From Gemmatimonadota bacterium (GTDB lineage: Bacteria; Gemmatimonadota; Gemmatimonadetes; Gemmatimonadales; GWC2-71-9): 64,000 nucleotides of DNA. Location of the stretch: the NCBI GenBank assembly GCA_036679645.1, contig JAZDCY010000013.1, positions 48,419 through 112,418 on the forward strand, in the 5' to 3' direction. This document shows positions 30,521 through 40,430 of this stretch, one piece after another (the first letter of the stretch is position 1; the number at the start of each line of letters is the position of its first letter). Under the pieces are notes generated by a model. It searched no databases and was not told the DNA's origin. It saw nothing but the letters and a program-made list of their open reading frames with translations. The position numbers were made by a program, and so were the translations under genes.

Positions 30521-32284
30521 CTAGCGAAGTTGTACGGTCGTCTCGACCGTTCCGCCTTTGAGCGCCGAGTAGCGTACGGTCATCGACCCGCTACCGCGAA
30601 CGAGGTACTCGATAGTCCGTGTCGTGCGCCCGGGATGTCCGCTACGAATCAGGATACGATCCAGCCCCTCCTGATCGATCATCTCCGTGGGGCCGGGGCG
30701 GAACTTGTTCTCTACCCATCCCGCCGCGATGATCTCGACATCGCCATCGACCGAGAGAATGTCCGGTCGGACCACGCGATTGCGTCGCCCGCGTTCAGTG
30801 ATCGTGGGAATCAGACGCTCGTTCCTGATATCGACCCGCACCCGGAACGTGTTGCCACCCACGCGCTCCACCGTACTCTCGTTCATCGTCATGAGCGGCA
30901 TCTGGTCGGCGTGATAAAGCGTGAACGCCATGTTGCGATGAAACAGCTCCATGCTCATGAATCGCGGGTTCACGCGGCGTGACAACTTCTTCCACCCGCC
31001 CAACTCGACCGCACCGAACTGTGGGTGGTCGTACGGTGCCCATTCGACGAACTGATCGCCCAACTCGAGAAAGTCGTCAAAGAAGAACCGGGACCTTTGT
31101 CCGGAGATCGGTGAACGTGGATTCTCCTGTTGCCGCTGGAGCAGCGGGCTGTTGAAGTACTGTCCGCCGTTCCACAGCTCGTTGGAGAACGAGATGATCC
31201 CCAACCCGTCGTTGGTCCAGTCGATCGATCCGCCGTGCACTGAGTAGAGGCCACGCCAGATCACGTAGTAGTTGTAATAAGGAAGAATTCGCTCACCGGT
31301 CTCGCCCAACTCGTCGTACACGCGGATATCCGACCGGGGATACGTGCCGTGCCACGCCGTACCCGGACCGCGGAGAATCATCCCACCCGAGTTATGGAAC
31401 GACTGCATGCCGGCGATGTTGGGTCGCGCCATCATGAAGTCGTTCAACGCGCGGGCCTCTGGAAGCTCGAACGGGTAATTCATCGAGCCACGCTGTATGT
31501 AGTTGGGCTGCCAATCGGACGCGTAGTTGCGGTTGGGATCGTAACCGCCCACCGGATCTTCGTTCACGCGACCGTCACCGTCATTGTCGATCCCCTCGCT
31601 GCCCAACAGGATCCAGTCCCCGAACTCGCCCGGTGGAACGCGTTCCATTATGCGAGGATCGTCGTGACTGATACGATGCGTGCCTTCCCCGGGTACGTAT
31701 TTGCGAATCTGCTCGATGACGCCGTTACCATTCAGGTCGTCGGGGCCATCTTCGTCGGCCACCCCGTCGCCGTCGCTGTCCACGGGCACGTGACCGGTAC
31801 GCGCGCCGGAGCCGGCCTCGTCGAGGAAATAGTCACGTCCATCGGGGTTCACGCTCGGCACTAGGTAGAACACGCGCTCGTCCACCAAACGCGTCACGTC
31901 CTCAATGCGACCGTAGTTCTCCATCAGGTACCAGATCGTGTAGAGCGTCACCTCCGCGCCCTGGATCTCGTTACCGTGGACGTTGGCCTCGATGTACATG
32001 GCCGCCTTGTCCCGCTCGGCGCCCGTGCGTGGATTGTTGATCGTCATCACCCACATCTCTCGGCCGCCGTGGCTATTGCCCGCTGATTGCAGCGTCAGGA
32101 ACTCGGGCCACGTACGCTGCATCAATCGGAGGCGCTCGCCGATCTCATCGTGATCGAGCCAGCGATCCCACGTGAGGGAAAGTCTGTGCTCGGGATCAGA
32201 CCCGCGTCCCTCCTGCGCGGTGAGCCCGCGTGCCACTCCAACCGTCGCCGCAACGAGACCGATAATAAGGAATAGGCGCGTCAT
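30521..32284 (-). CDS. M14 zinc carboxypeptidase (active-site residues intact)
   Basis: NVHGNE, NPDG, DPNRN, SFHN and SNELW motifs; DxDGDG Ca-binding loops; signal peptide. Confidence 0.88.
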   Translation of the reverse strand: MTRLFLIIGLVAATVGVARGLTAQEGRGSDPEHRLSLTWDRWLDHDEIGERLRLMQRTWPEFLTLQSAGNSHGGREMWVMTINNPRTGAERDKAAMYIEANVHGNEIQGAEVTLYTIWYLMENYGRIEDVTRLVDERVFYLVPSVNPDGRDYFLDEAGSGARTGHVPVDSDGDGVADEDGPDDLNGNGVIEQIRKYVPGEGTHRISHDDPRIMERVPPGEFGDWILLGSEGIDNDGDGRVNEDPVGGYDPNRNYASDWQPNYIQRGSMNYPFELPEARALNDFMMARPNIAGMQSFHNSGGMILRGPGTAWHGTYPRSDIRVYDELGETGERILPYYNYYVIWRGLYSVHGGSIDWTNDGLGIISFSNELWNGGQYFNSPLLQRQQENPRSPISGQRSRFFFDDFLELGDQFVEWAPYDHPQFGAVELGGWKKLSRRVNPRFMSMELFHRNMAFTLYHADQMPLMTMNESTVERVGGNTFRVRVDIRNERLIPTITERGRRNRVVRPDILSVDGDVEIIAAGWVENKFRPGPTEMIDQEGLDRILIRSGHPGRTTRTIEYLVRGSGSMTVRYSALKGGTVETTVQLR

Positions 32285-32289
32285 CGCGT

Positions 32290-34221
32290 TCACCTCAGGG
32301 TCACGGTTGCAGTGGCGGTACCGCCCTTTTGGGAACGGACACGAATCTCGACCGACGTTCCGGCACGGGCGCTGATCACCCACGTGACTTCCTCGCGTCC
32401 ACCCGAGCCCTCGAGTCGCTGCACCCTGCTGGTCTTGTCATCACCGGTCAGCACCGCATCGGGCGGAACCTGTATCTGAACTACAGTAGGCTGTACCGAG
32501 CGCGACACAACGCCGTGGCGCAGCGCGGTCGGGAAGTATCCCGTGTTCTCGATCTCGACCGACACGGTGAAGACACCGCCGCCGTGATTCGTGACGTCAG
32601 TGCCGACAATACGAACGCGCGGGAGCATCCCGGCGAGACGGACGGCGAACGCGCCGTGCGCTCTGCCCAGTTCGGGCAAGTCTTCAGCGGGCGGATTCAC
32701 TACGGCATGTGGCCGGAAGCCACCGATCTCGACCGCACCCAGATCCGGATGTGAGAACGGCGTCCAGTCCACGAATGCGTCGATCCCCGCACTGTCCAGC
32801 GCCGTCAGTACCGTAGAGTCCGCTCCGGCTCGCTTGGATGCGTCCGGTCGCGCACCGCTGCGCGCCCTTTCGCCTCCGCCTCCCGGGGGACGGGCAGGAC
32901 GCCGACGCGCGGCGGGCGGCGTCGAGTCGTCGGCCGCCGGTCTCGCGGGCAAACCCCAGCCCGCCGTGCTGAATGACGGTACCCCGTACTGGAAGTAACC
33001 GAACTGGAAGAACGCGCCCTTCGCTTCGCGGTTGGTTCCCAATCGTGAAATACCTGTGATCTCCTTATACGCGCGCGACACCGACTCGAAATACGTGCGA
33101 TCGGCGGCATTCACTGTGGTCGCGGGTCGGCGACCGGCACTCGGGTCGTTGTCCCGGCCGGGCTGCGCACCCCGCAACCGCGGAAGACCGCCCCCGCCCC
33201 CGCCAAAGCCGAACCCTGCGAATCCGCCGGGCTGGTCGGCGTCGAATATGCCCTTCTCCCACAGCTCGTCATACGACGCAATCGCGAACGCCGGCAGATC
33301 GAGCGCAAGCTCGTCGGCCAGCTTGCCGCGGTTGTCGGGTGGGGTCACGAGATTATCCGAGTGTCCGAACGTGAGGATCGCCCCGATATTCCGGTGCGCC
33401 ACGACGAAATCCATCAGCGCGCGGCTCTCGGGCTCACTCACCATGTAGGGACCGGCGTCCCGCTCCCAGTAGGGATAGGCGTGCTGGAAATTGCGGTCGA
33501 GGTCAACACCACCCGGACCGTCCTCGCTCACCCACCCGTCGCCATCGGAGTCGCGTCCCTCGATGTAGATCGAGTACGCACCCGATTCGCCCTTGCTCGG
33601 ATCAGCACGTCGCATGAGACGGGCGTCGTCCGGGTGGATCATGTAGTCGCCTGACGGATCGGCCACGCGCATCACCGTGATGAGCCCGTCGCCGTTCAGG
33701 TCTCGAGGTGGATCCTCGTCGATGCGGCCGTCGTTGTCGTCGTCGAAGGCGCGACCGTTACGCCGCCGGTCGTACCGCACGCTTGCGAACATCGCTTCGG
33801 CGCCATCCGGATTGAGACGAGGCACCACGTACACGACGCGTTCGCTGAGCACGGAGTCGGGATTGGCCGTGCTGTCGCCTCCCGTCAGGAGAAAGCGGAT
33901 GGTCTCCAACGCAAGCGCGCTCCCAATGACGTGATCGCCCGAGAGGTTCCCAACGATCAGCAGCCCCGGACGCGAGTCCAGCGGTGCGCCGGTCGGGTTC
34001 CCGATCTCGACGAGCCAGATATCCCTGCCCTCGTGCGAAGTGCCGAGCGAACGCATCGAAGCGCTACTCGACCCCTCCACCAGAGATCGCAGCTCGCGAG
34101 TGAGCGCGTCGTGGTTCAGGTAGGATGCCGACTGCGCGCCAAGGTTGCCGGCCGGCATGCCGAGCGCCAGCATCATGACGACAGCCGCTACTTCATGGCT
34201 GCATATCCCTGCGATCCGCAC
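32290..34221 (-). CDS. M14 carboxypeptidase paralog with degenerate active site
   Basis: NPDG and DLDRNF kept, but NLSGDH replaces HxxE, TFGH replaces SFH and STAGW replaces SNELW; GTG start after AAGGAGG. Confidence 0.82.
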   Translation of the reverse strand: MRIAGICSHEVAAVVMMLALGMPAGNLGAQSASYLNHDALTRELRSLVEGSSSASMRSLGTSHEGRDIWLVEIGNPTGAPLDSRPGLLIVGNLSGDHVIGSALALETIRFLLTGGDSTANPDSVLSERVVYVVPRLNPDGAEAMFASVRYDRRRNGRAFDDDNDGRIDEDPPRDLNGDGLITVMRVADPSGDYMIHPDDARLMRRADPSKGESGAYSIYIEGRDSDGDGWVSEDGPGGVDLDRNFQHAYPYWERDAGPYMVSEPESRALMDFVVAHRNIGAILTFGHSDNLVTPPDNRGKLADELALDLPAFAIASYDELWEKGIFDADQPGGFAGFGFGGGGGGLPRLRGAQPGRDNDPSAGRRPATTVNAADRTYFESVSRAYKEITGISRLGTNREAKGAFFQFGYFQYGVPSFSTAGWGLPARPAADDSTPPAARRRPARPPGGGGERARSGARPDASKRAGADSTVLTALDSAGIDAFVDWTPFSHPDLGAVEIGGFRPHAVVNPPAEDLPELGRAHGAFAVRLAGMLPRVRIVGTDVTNHGGGVFTVSVEIENTGYFPTALRHGVVSRSVQPTVVQIQVPPDAVLTGDDKTSRVQRLEGSGGREEVTWVISARAGTSVEIRVRSQKGGTATATVTLR

Positions 34222-34399
34222 TATCCCCTCCTTGGGGTGGTGGTATCCTCGTGAAAGGTCTCTTCTAAGTGCGCGCTCCGCTAGCTGTGTGCAGTCTCGG
34301 TTGCTCGGGAAGGTCGGATCCACCGGGGGTTCCATGACGCTCGTCACAGATGGAGATTGCGCAGTCGGCCCGATCCCACGAGCACAAGGAGCCTAGCTC

Positions 34400-35524
34400 A
34401 TGCGTCGCCCGCGAATCCACGTTTCCCCGCTTGTTCTAGCCGCAGGACTGTTTCTCGCTCCCGCGACCAGCCGGCCGCCCGCAACGGTGCCGGTCGCGTC
34501 GGATTCATTGGACGACGGCCCGCACGTGTACTGGGAAGACGGCGAGCACGCGATCGTCTTCTACCTGTGCGGCGACTCGGTGCCCGCCACGCGCTTCGAG
34601 GCGAGGGACACGCTCGCCTTCGCCGGGCTCTGCACCGACTCCAGCACCGTGTACCGTCTCCCCGCCGGCCCTCCCGAGCCAGCACAAGATACGTGGGAAG
34701 ACGTGTCGCGCATCCTCGCGATCAGCGACATCCACGGCGAGTACGACGCCATGGTCACGTTCCTGGAACGGGCCGGTGTGATCGACGCCGCCGGCCGCTG
34801 GACCTGGGGCGACGGACACCTGGTGGTGGTCGGCGACGTGCTCGACCGGGGCGGGCGCGTGACCGAGTGTCTGTGGTTCCTGTATCGCCTCGAGCAGGAG
34901 GCGGAGCTTGCGGGCGGGCGCGTGCACGTCACGCTGGGGAACCACGAGATGATGGTGATGCGAGACGACGTGCGGTACGTGAACAGCAAATACACCGGGG
35001 GGATTGTCAGGTATCTGGGCGTCCGCTACCAGGACCTGTTCGGTCCCGACATGGAACTGGGCCGGTGGCTCCGCAGCAAGCCATTCCTCCTCAAACTCAA
35101 CGACATCGTGTTCGTCCACGGCGGACTCGGGCCGGAACTAGTGACACGCGGCCTCGACATCCAGACCGTGAACACGATCGGCCGAGAGAGCCTCGACCTC
35201 TCGTCAGTCGCGCTCACATTCAGCGACGTGCCGGAATTCCTGCTGGGCAGCACAGGACCGCTGTGGTACCGGGGCTACTTCCTGGCCGGCGACGACTACA
35301 CCATGGCCTCTTCGGAAGAGGTGGATACCATGCTGCGTTTCTACGGCGCGACAGCCGTAGTGGTGGGACACACCGAGATCGGCCAGGTGGGACGATTCTA
35401 TGACGGGCGGGTGTTCGCGATCGACGTCTCGCTCGAGATGCTCGGCTCGTTCCAGGGATTGCTCTGGGAGAACGGGGAGTTCAGTGTGGTGACCGGGACG
35501 GGAAGCGTCGTGCCGCTGAACTGA
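34400..35524 (+). CDS. Secreted metallophosphoesterase (Shewanella-like phosphatase)
   Basis: DIHG, GDVLDRG, GNHE, FVHGG, GPLWYR, VGHT and IDV motifs. Confidence 0.9.
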   Translation: MRRPRIHVSPLVLAAGLFLAPATSRPPATVPVASDSLDDGPHVYWEDGEHAIVFYLCGDSVPATRFEARDTLAFAGLCTDSSTVYRLPAGPPEPAQDTWEDVSRILAISDIHGEYDAMVTFLERAGVIDAAGRWTWGDGHLVVVGDVLDRGGRVTECLWFLYRLEQEAELAGGRVHVTLGNHEMMVMRDDVRYVNSKYTGGIVRYLGVRYQDLFGPDMELGRWLRSKPFLLKLNDIVFVHGGLGPELVTRGLDIQTVNTIGRESLDLSSVALTFSDVPEFLLGSTGPLWYRGYFLAGDDYTMASSEEVDTMLRFYGATAVVVGHTEIGQVGRFYDGRVFAIDVSLEMLGSFQGLLWENGEFSVVTGTGSVVPLN

Positions 35525-35534
35525 GGCACGCCCG

Positions 35535-36626
35535 CTATCGCACGCCTCCCTCCGCCCGGCACCGACCGATCAATTCGCGGCGCAGTTTCCGGGGGTCGTC
35601 GATCACGTCGTAAAACTCGTCCAGGTAGCGCTGCGTGTCGCGGACGTAGCGCGCCGAGAGACCCGGCAGGTTCTCGTACAGCGCGTAGATCGCTTCTCGC
35701 CGTTCGCGGAACGGCGCGAGTACCGCGTTCCATTGCTCCTCGCTCAGACATCTCCCGCGGTACAGACGTTGGCGCACGGTCCTGATCGGCAGCCGGGAGT
35801 CGGGGACCGCGTATGACGTGTTCACGATCCCCGTCCAATCGAAGTCATACGTGACCGGGTAGTAGACGGCCCGCTGCATGTCCTGCACCAACTCGATGTT
35901 GTGCAGGCCACCCAACGACCAGTCCGTACCGCCAATCATGTACAGGAATACCGCGACGAGTCCGAGTTCGAGCGGATCCACGTCTTCGAACCGGGCACCG
36001 AGCGTCTCGAGCAGCATGCCGTCGTTGCGCACGGCCATCTGCTCCGCATGCTCGAGCAGAAACGTGTACACCGTGAGCGAGTCCTCGCGCTCACTCGTGT
36101 CCACGTAGGTGGTGCGGGCCAGACGCACACGGAGGCTGTGCGGGGTGAGCAGGTTGTAGATCTTGTAGGCGACGTATTCCCTCAAGACGTACTCCTCATA
36201 CACGTCTCGGCCCGGGCGACAGGGCGTCACCAGCTTGAGCTTGTCCTGATTCGCAAAGACCGTCCCGCCGACTCTGCTCCGTGGGAAGTTCAGCCGGAGC
36301 GGCGGAAAGTCGCAGTTGCGCCGCTGGCGCCGCCAGTGTCCCCGGGTCTTCAGCTTGACGTCCAGCGCCACGGGCTCCGCATCCCCGACCCGGTACGAGA
36401 GTGTGGCCTCGTGCTCCTCCGCCTCCAGCGAGTCCCTGTCATTGATCAGCGTCCGCAGGTCCACTTCGATCCACAGCTGGAGGGGGACGTCCGAGTCGAA
36501 GAGGACGGCGTGGGTGGAATCTGGCTGTGTGTCGGGCGACTGGCCGCGCGCGGCCGTGCCGGTGACTCCCAGCACCAACAGCGTCGTGATGACCGAGACG
36601 ACCGCGTGTCGAGACACCGCAATCAC
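35535..36626 (-). CDS. Secreted CotH-kinase-like protein
   Basis: KTRG, PPLRLNF, EYVAYKIY, IGGTDW, HNIEL and YDFD resemble CotH-fold motifs; signal peptide. Confidence 0.65.
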   Translation of the reverse strand: MIAVSRHAVVSVITTLLVLGVTGTAARGQSPDTQPDSTHAVLFDSDVPLQLWIEVDLRTLINDRDSLEAEEHEATLSYRVGDAEPVALDVKLKTRGHWRRQRRNCDFPPLRLNFPRSRVGGTVFANQDKLKLVTPCRPGRDVYEEYVLREYVAYKIYNLLTPHSLRVRLARTTYVDTSEREDSLTVYTFLLEHAEQMAVRNDGMLLETLGARFEDVDPLELGLVAVFLYMIGGTDWSLGGLHNIELVQDMQRAVYYPVTYDFDWTGIVNTSYAVPDSRLPIRTVRQRLYRGRCLSEEQWNAVLAPFRERREAIYALYENLPGLSARYVRDTQRYLDEFYDVIDDPRKLRRELIGRCRAEGGVR

Positions 36627-36651
36627 CGGTGACTTCCGATGACGTGCAACG

Positions 36652-37689
36652 TCAATCCAATTCCGCCCCGACGATCGCCGTGGGTACGACGTTCTTCTTG
36701 AACTGGACCGCGTACTCGATCACGTGTGTGCCGTCATCTTCGTGCACGACGCTGCCCAACGTCCAGCGCTTGGTATACTGGCCCAGCAGCAGCTCCGCGA
36801 CCTGCTTCGCGGCGGCCACGTCCGTGGCCCGAACCCGGAGCAGCGATTCCAACTCCACGGACTCGCTATCCGGTACGTTGCGCTTGCGGCGTCGCGAGGC
36901 TCGTTCCGCCAGGGCCTCGAGCTGTTCGCCCGACATGGCCTTCAGGATTTCGTCATCGAGCTGCTGCACGAACCCGCTCGGACGGTTCACGTGGGCGCGT
37001 GCCTCCTCTAGGCGCCGCCGGGCGATCGCTCCCTCGAGCGCCGCCGAGCTGCGGCCGAGGTCCGAGTACCAGAGCAAGAGGACCACGATGTTGAAGATGA
37101 TCGAGAGGGCGATCGCTACCGGCAGGTCGACGCCGGCCGCCAGGCCAATCCCCGTCGCGACGAAGATGTGCACGGCGTCCTTGCTGTCCTCCAGCGTGTT
37201 GCGGAACCGCACGGCTGCCACGATGCCCGCCAGGCTGAACGCCAGGGCCAGGCTGTTCTTCACGAGCACGACAACCCCTGCGACCACCACGGGCAGCATG
37301 ACCAGGGAGTGCACCAGCGATTGGCGGAAGCCTTTCTTGCGCCGGGTGAGGATGTACACCCACGCCACGGGAAGCGCGAAGAGTCCGGCCACGACCATGG
37401 CGGCGGTCGCCGACCACATGTCGGTCGACCATTCGGCACCGAAGAGCGGCTGCGCGATGACCTCATCGAACGTGCTGGGCCCGGTCGGTCTGCCGGCCGA
37501 GGCATCGCGCAGCAGGTCTCCCGTCAGGAGCCGCATCTGTGTCGGAAACCATCGCCACAGCGCGGCACCCGCGCCGAGTAGCAGCACGTAGTACGCGGCA
37601 GTCCTGACGATCAGGTTCTGCCACGCCTTTTGCAGCCGGGTTCTCCGCTTGCCCGGCTCTGTGGTGCTGAGACTGCCTGGCTCTGTCAT
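36652..37689 (-). CDS. DUF4956 domain membrane protein
   Basis: NSLALAFSLAGIVAAVRFRNTLEDSKD signature. Confidence 0.85.
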   Translation of the reverse strand: MTEPGSLSTTEPGKRRTRLQKAWQNLIVRTAAYYVLLLGAGAALWRWFPTQMRLLTGDLLRDASAGRPTGPSTFDEVIAQPLFGAEWSTDMWSATAAMVVAGLFALPVAWVYILTRRKKGFRQSLVHSLVMLPVVVAGVVVLVKNSLALAFSLAGIVAAVRFRNTLEDSKDAVHIFVATGIGLAAGVDLPVAIALSIIFNIVVLLLWYSDLGRSSAALEGAIARRRLEEARAHVNRPSGFVQQLDDEILKAMSGEQLEALAERASRRRKRNVPDSESVELESLLRVRATDVAAAKQVAELLLGQYTKRWTLGSVVHEDDGTHVIEYAVQFKKNVVPTAIVGAELD

Positions 37690-37889
37690 GCCTTATCCCC
37701 CCGAGCCTGCGCAAGGCATACGATAGGGGTTGCGCGACGCCAGGGCTAGTTCGGAGGCGCAACGAGCGGCGGTCGCCTTCTCCACGGATGGCATTTGCGT
37801 GAACTACCTAAAGGAAAACAGACGAGGAGCCTGCGCGCCATCGCAGGCCCCTCGTGTCTTGACCACGCCAATCGTAACGGCGGTTTGCG

Positions 37890-38726
37890 CTATTGCTTCT
37901 GGAACACCGCCCGGAGTGACGCCGGCTCCTCGGTTCCGTTGTCGTCGAAGTCGAACTCGTCGTCGCCGGTCGTGAGGGTCAGCGTGTTGCCTGACAGACT
38001 GAACGCGAAGACCTCCACACTGGTCTGGCCCGTCTCCGACAACGTGAGCGTATTCCCGTTGATCGCGATCGTTCCCTCCTCGACACTCTGCGCCTCCATA
38101 GGCTCATCGACCGTCAGTGTGTAATCGCCGTTGGCCATTATGGTCAGGACGATCGTGGCGCCCTCCACGATCAGGTCGACCTTTTCTGTAGTGTTCGCCT
38201 GATTCGTGAACTCCACGACCGTTGCATTCCAAGTTCCGGCGAGGTCGACGACCGCAACGCCAGTCCCAACATCGCTCGACTGGAACACCGCCCGGAGTGA
38301 CGCCGGCTCCTCGGTTCCGTCGTCGTCAAAGTCGAACTCGTCGTCGTCGGTCGTGAGGGTCAGCGTGTTGCCTGACAGATTGAACGTGAAGGCATCCGCG
38401 CTGCTCTCGCCCGTCCCCGACAACGTGAGCGTATTCCCGTCAATCGTGATTGTTCCCACCTCGACACTCGGCGCCTCCATAGGCTCATCGACCGTCAGTG
38501 CGTAATCGCCGTTGGCCATTATGGTCAGGACGATCGTGGCGCCCTCCGCGATAAGATCGATCTTTTCCGATGCGTTCGCCTGATTCGTGAACTCCACGAC
38601 CGTCGCATTCCAGGTTCCGGCGAGGTCGACAACCTCGGGGACGTTCCCAACTCCGGTCGAATCGCCGCACGCGGCAACCGACGCGGCTACGGCCAGTACA
38701 GCCACACCACTGCGCTTCCAGTCCAT
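37890..38726 (-). CDS. Lipoprotein with two near-identical lipocalin-like domains
   Basis: Start MDWKRSG after GAGGAG; lipobox VAAC; DLAGTW occurs twice. Confidence 0.8.
   Translation of the reverse strand: MDWKRSGVAVLAVAASVAACGDSTGVGNVPEVVDLAGTWNATVVEFTNQANASEKIDLIAEGATIVLTIMANGDYALTVDEPMEAPSVEVGTITIDGNTLTLSGTGESSADAFTFNLSGNTLTLTTDDDEFDFDDDGTEEPASLRAVFQSSDVGTGVAVVDLAGTWNATVVEFTNQANTTEKVDLIVEGATIVLTIMANGDYTLTVDEPMEAQSVEEGTIAINGNTLTLSETGQTSVEVFAFSLSGNTLTLTTGDDEFDFDDNGTEEPASLRAVFQKQ
37899..38630. repeat. Intragenic tandem duplication, ~350-bp copies at 381-bp period
   Basis: 37899-38249 matches 38280-38630 with few substitutions. Confidence 0.95.
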
Positions 38727-38867
38727 TGACACTCCTCGTGGATAAGACACGACGTCTCCGCGAGAAGATCTCACGGAGACGCCGATTGGCTCAGATAAGT
38801 GAGTAAAGTAGTCGGATTGTCCAATAATGGAACCGTCGGATCTGGTGGCTGGCGTCTCGTGCGTGGT

Positions 38868-38903
38868 CGCCTTAAAACCCGCGAAGAACTTCTCGACCAC
38901 GAC
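38868..38903 (-). pseudogene. Remnant of the C-terminus of a kinase/PD40 propeller gene
   Basis: Reads VVVEKFFAGFKA, compared with VAVENFFAELKA and IVVENFFEELKA in the kinases at 43062 and 61021. Confidence 0.55.
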
Positions 38904-38970
38904 TCCGTGCCGCACCGACCTCAGCGAGTAGCGCCCGGTGCGACCCACGGATCGCGCGAAGCCAGATTAG

Positions 38971-39123
38971 ACGCCTTTAGCAGCGCGGCGAACGGTGGAT
39001 CTGGACGCAGGGCGCTCGGACGTCAACGCCAGAATCCGGAACGGCTACACCGCGCTCAAGGGTGCAGAGCAACGTAGGCACCCCGACGTGGCATTGATCC
39101 TGAGGGCGGCGGGAGCAAGATAG
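38971..39123 (+). pseudogene. Ankyrin-repeat gene remnant
   Basis: LDAGRSDVNARIRNGYTALKGAEQRRHPDVALILRAAGAR* matches a terminal ankyrin repeat; in-frame stop just upstream. Confidence 0.65.
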
Positions 39124-39138
39124 AAGAGGGTCTGCTGC

Positions 39139-40068
39139 CTAGGGCTCCCGCCGACCTCGCCCGAGCCGATCGAACAGTGCAGCCGCTCTCGCCAGCGCGT
39201 TCGGTGGATTGGTTTCGAAAACCCAGAAACGTTCGAGGTCACCCGCATTCATGAGAAGCTGCATGGTTCCCTGCGACTTGTGCTCAGCGATGAGCCAGTT
39301 GACGACGATCTGGTAGTTGAGGCGATTGTTGGGACCGAAGGACGCCAATCTGTCGACAATGAATGGCTCATCGGCGTTCACAACGCGTGTAATGGGGTAG
39401 CCGTCGTGCTCGATGTACGAAAATGAGTACGTGCTATCCGTCCGGCTCCCGACAAAACTCCCGAGCACGACAGGGCGATGGTCGGCAGCAACCGCACGAG
39501 CCGCTTCGAGCGCAAGTATGGTGGCTGCCTTGTGGTGCGCGTGAAAATGCGGAATTGGCAAGTGCACGAAGACGAAGTCGTAGTCCGTGCGGTCCATGAT
39601 CTGCTGTAATCGCATCCGGACATCATCGGCATCCCACACCGATTGCAAGACGGTGTCGATATTCTCCGTGTACGCGTCATCGAGCGCGTCCAGGAAAAAG
39701 TAGTTACGGATTCCCACGATCCGGCCACCCGCCATGAGTTCCCGTTTCCGGATGGCCGGCAGATGTGTTCGCGCCACGGCTTCATTTGTGAGATCGATGC
39801 CATAGATCGGCTCCGCCAGTTCCGAGTAGCGGAACCCGCCGCTGCCGTCCGTGACGAGTGCAAGATCGACGGCGCCGTGGAGTTCGTGCGTGATACGGTA
39901 GACCGTCGCGGCGAACATCGCATCGTCGTCGGGATGCGCCGTCACGATCAATACGCTTGGTGCCGCCTCCTGCTGTGCCCGCGCGGGTGACGCGACGACG
40001 AACAAGACCAACAGGAACACAGCGGCAACAGTACGCCCTGCCCGGTAGAGATAGTATTGGCTCGGCAT
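39139..40068 (-). CDS. PIG-L/LmbE family deacetylase, secreted
   Basis: AHPDDD, TDG, RKRE, HAHH and HKSQ motifs; signal peptide. Confidence 0.88.
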   Translation of the reverse strand: MPSQYYLYRAGRTVAAVFLLVLFVVASPARAQQEAAPSVLIVTAHPDDDAMFAATVYRITHELHGAVDLALVTDGSGGFRYSELAEPIYGIDLTNEAVARTHLPAIRKRELMAGGRIVGIRNYFFLDALDDAYTENIDTVLQSVWDADDVRMRLQQIMDRTDYDFVFVHLPIPHFHAHHKAATILALEAARAVAADHRPVVLGSFVGSRTDSTYSFSYIEHDGYPITRVVNADEPFIVDRLASFGPNNRLNYQIVVNWLIAEHKSQGTMQLLMNAGDLERFWVFETNPPNALARAAALFDRLGRGRREP

Positions 40069-40112
40069 GGCTCTCGAGTCGATGGTGTGTCCGCGGGCGC
40101 CGCTCAGCGGCG

Positions 40113-40236
40113 AGTCCTGCCCTTTCGCCGAAGGCTCAGCACCAGGCGATGCGTGGCTCCGGACGAAAGGTACCAGATGGGTGGCGGAACCGAACCGGTG
40201 TGGGCCCCTGGCGGGCACGAGTTGTTCTAACGCAAC
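40113..40236 (+). pseudogene. Eroded PD40/TolB propeller fragment of a kinase gene (opposite strand)
   Basis: SPALSP, then in another frame RYQMGGGTEPVWAPGGHELF*RN, compared with GGTEPVWAHSGRELFYR in the intact kinase. Confidence 0.65.
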
Positions 40237-40430
40237 GTAGCCTTCAGGAGTGGCTCCCGCCGGCGTTCCTGGGATCCCCGAAGCCTCTAGGGCGCAATCC
40301 GGCTACGGCTCGCATGATTCTGGTCCTTCCCACCGATCCAGCATGACCCACCCAATGGCGCGCTTGACGTGCAGGACCCCACGGGTAGCTTCGCCCCAGA
40401 TCCAACAACAACCGTCCCGGGAGGACCCAT

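Noticed and set aside
40080..40330. Riboswitch or ncRNA between the PIG-L and SnoaL genes
   Set aside because: No recognisable consensus; the sequence is better explained as a decayed PD40 coding fragment.
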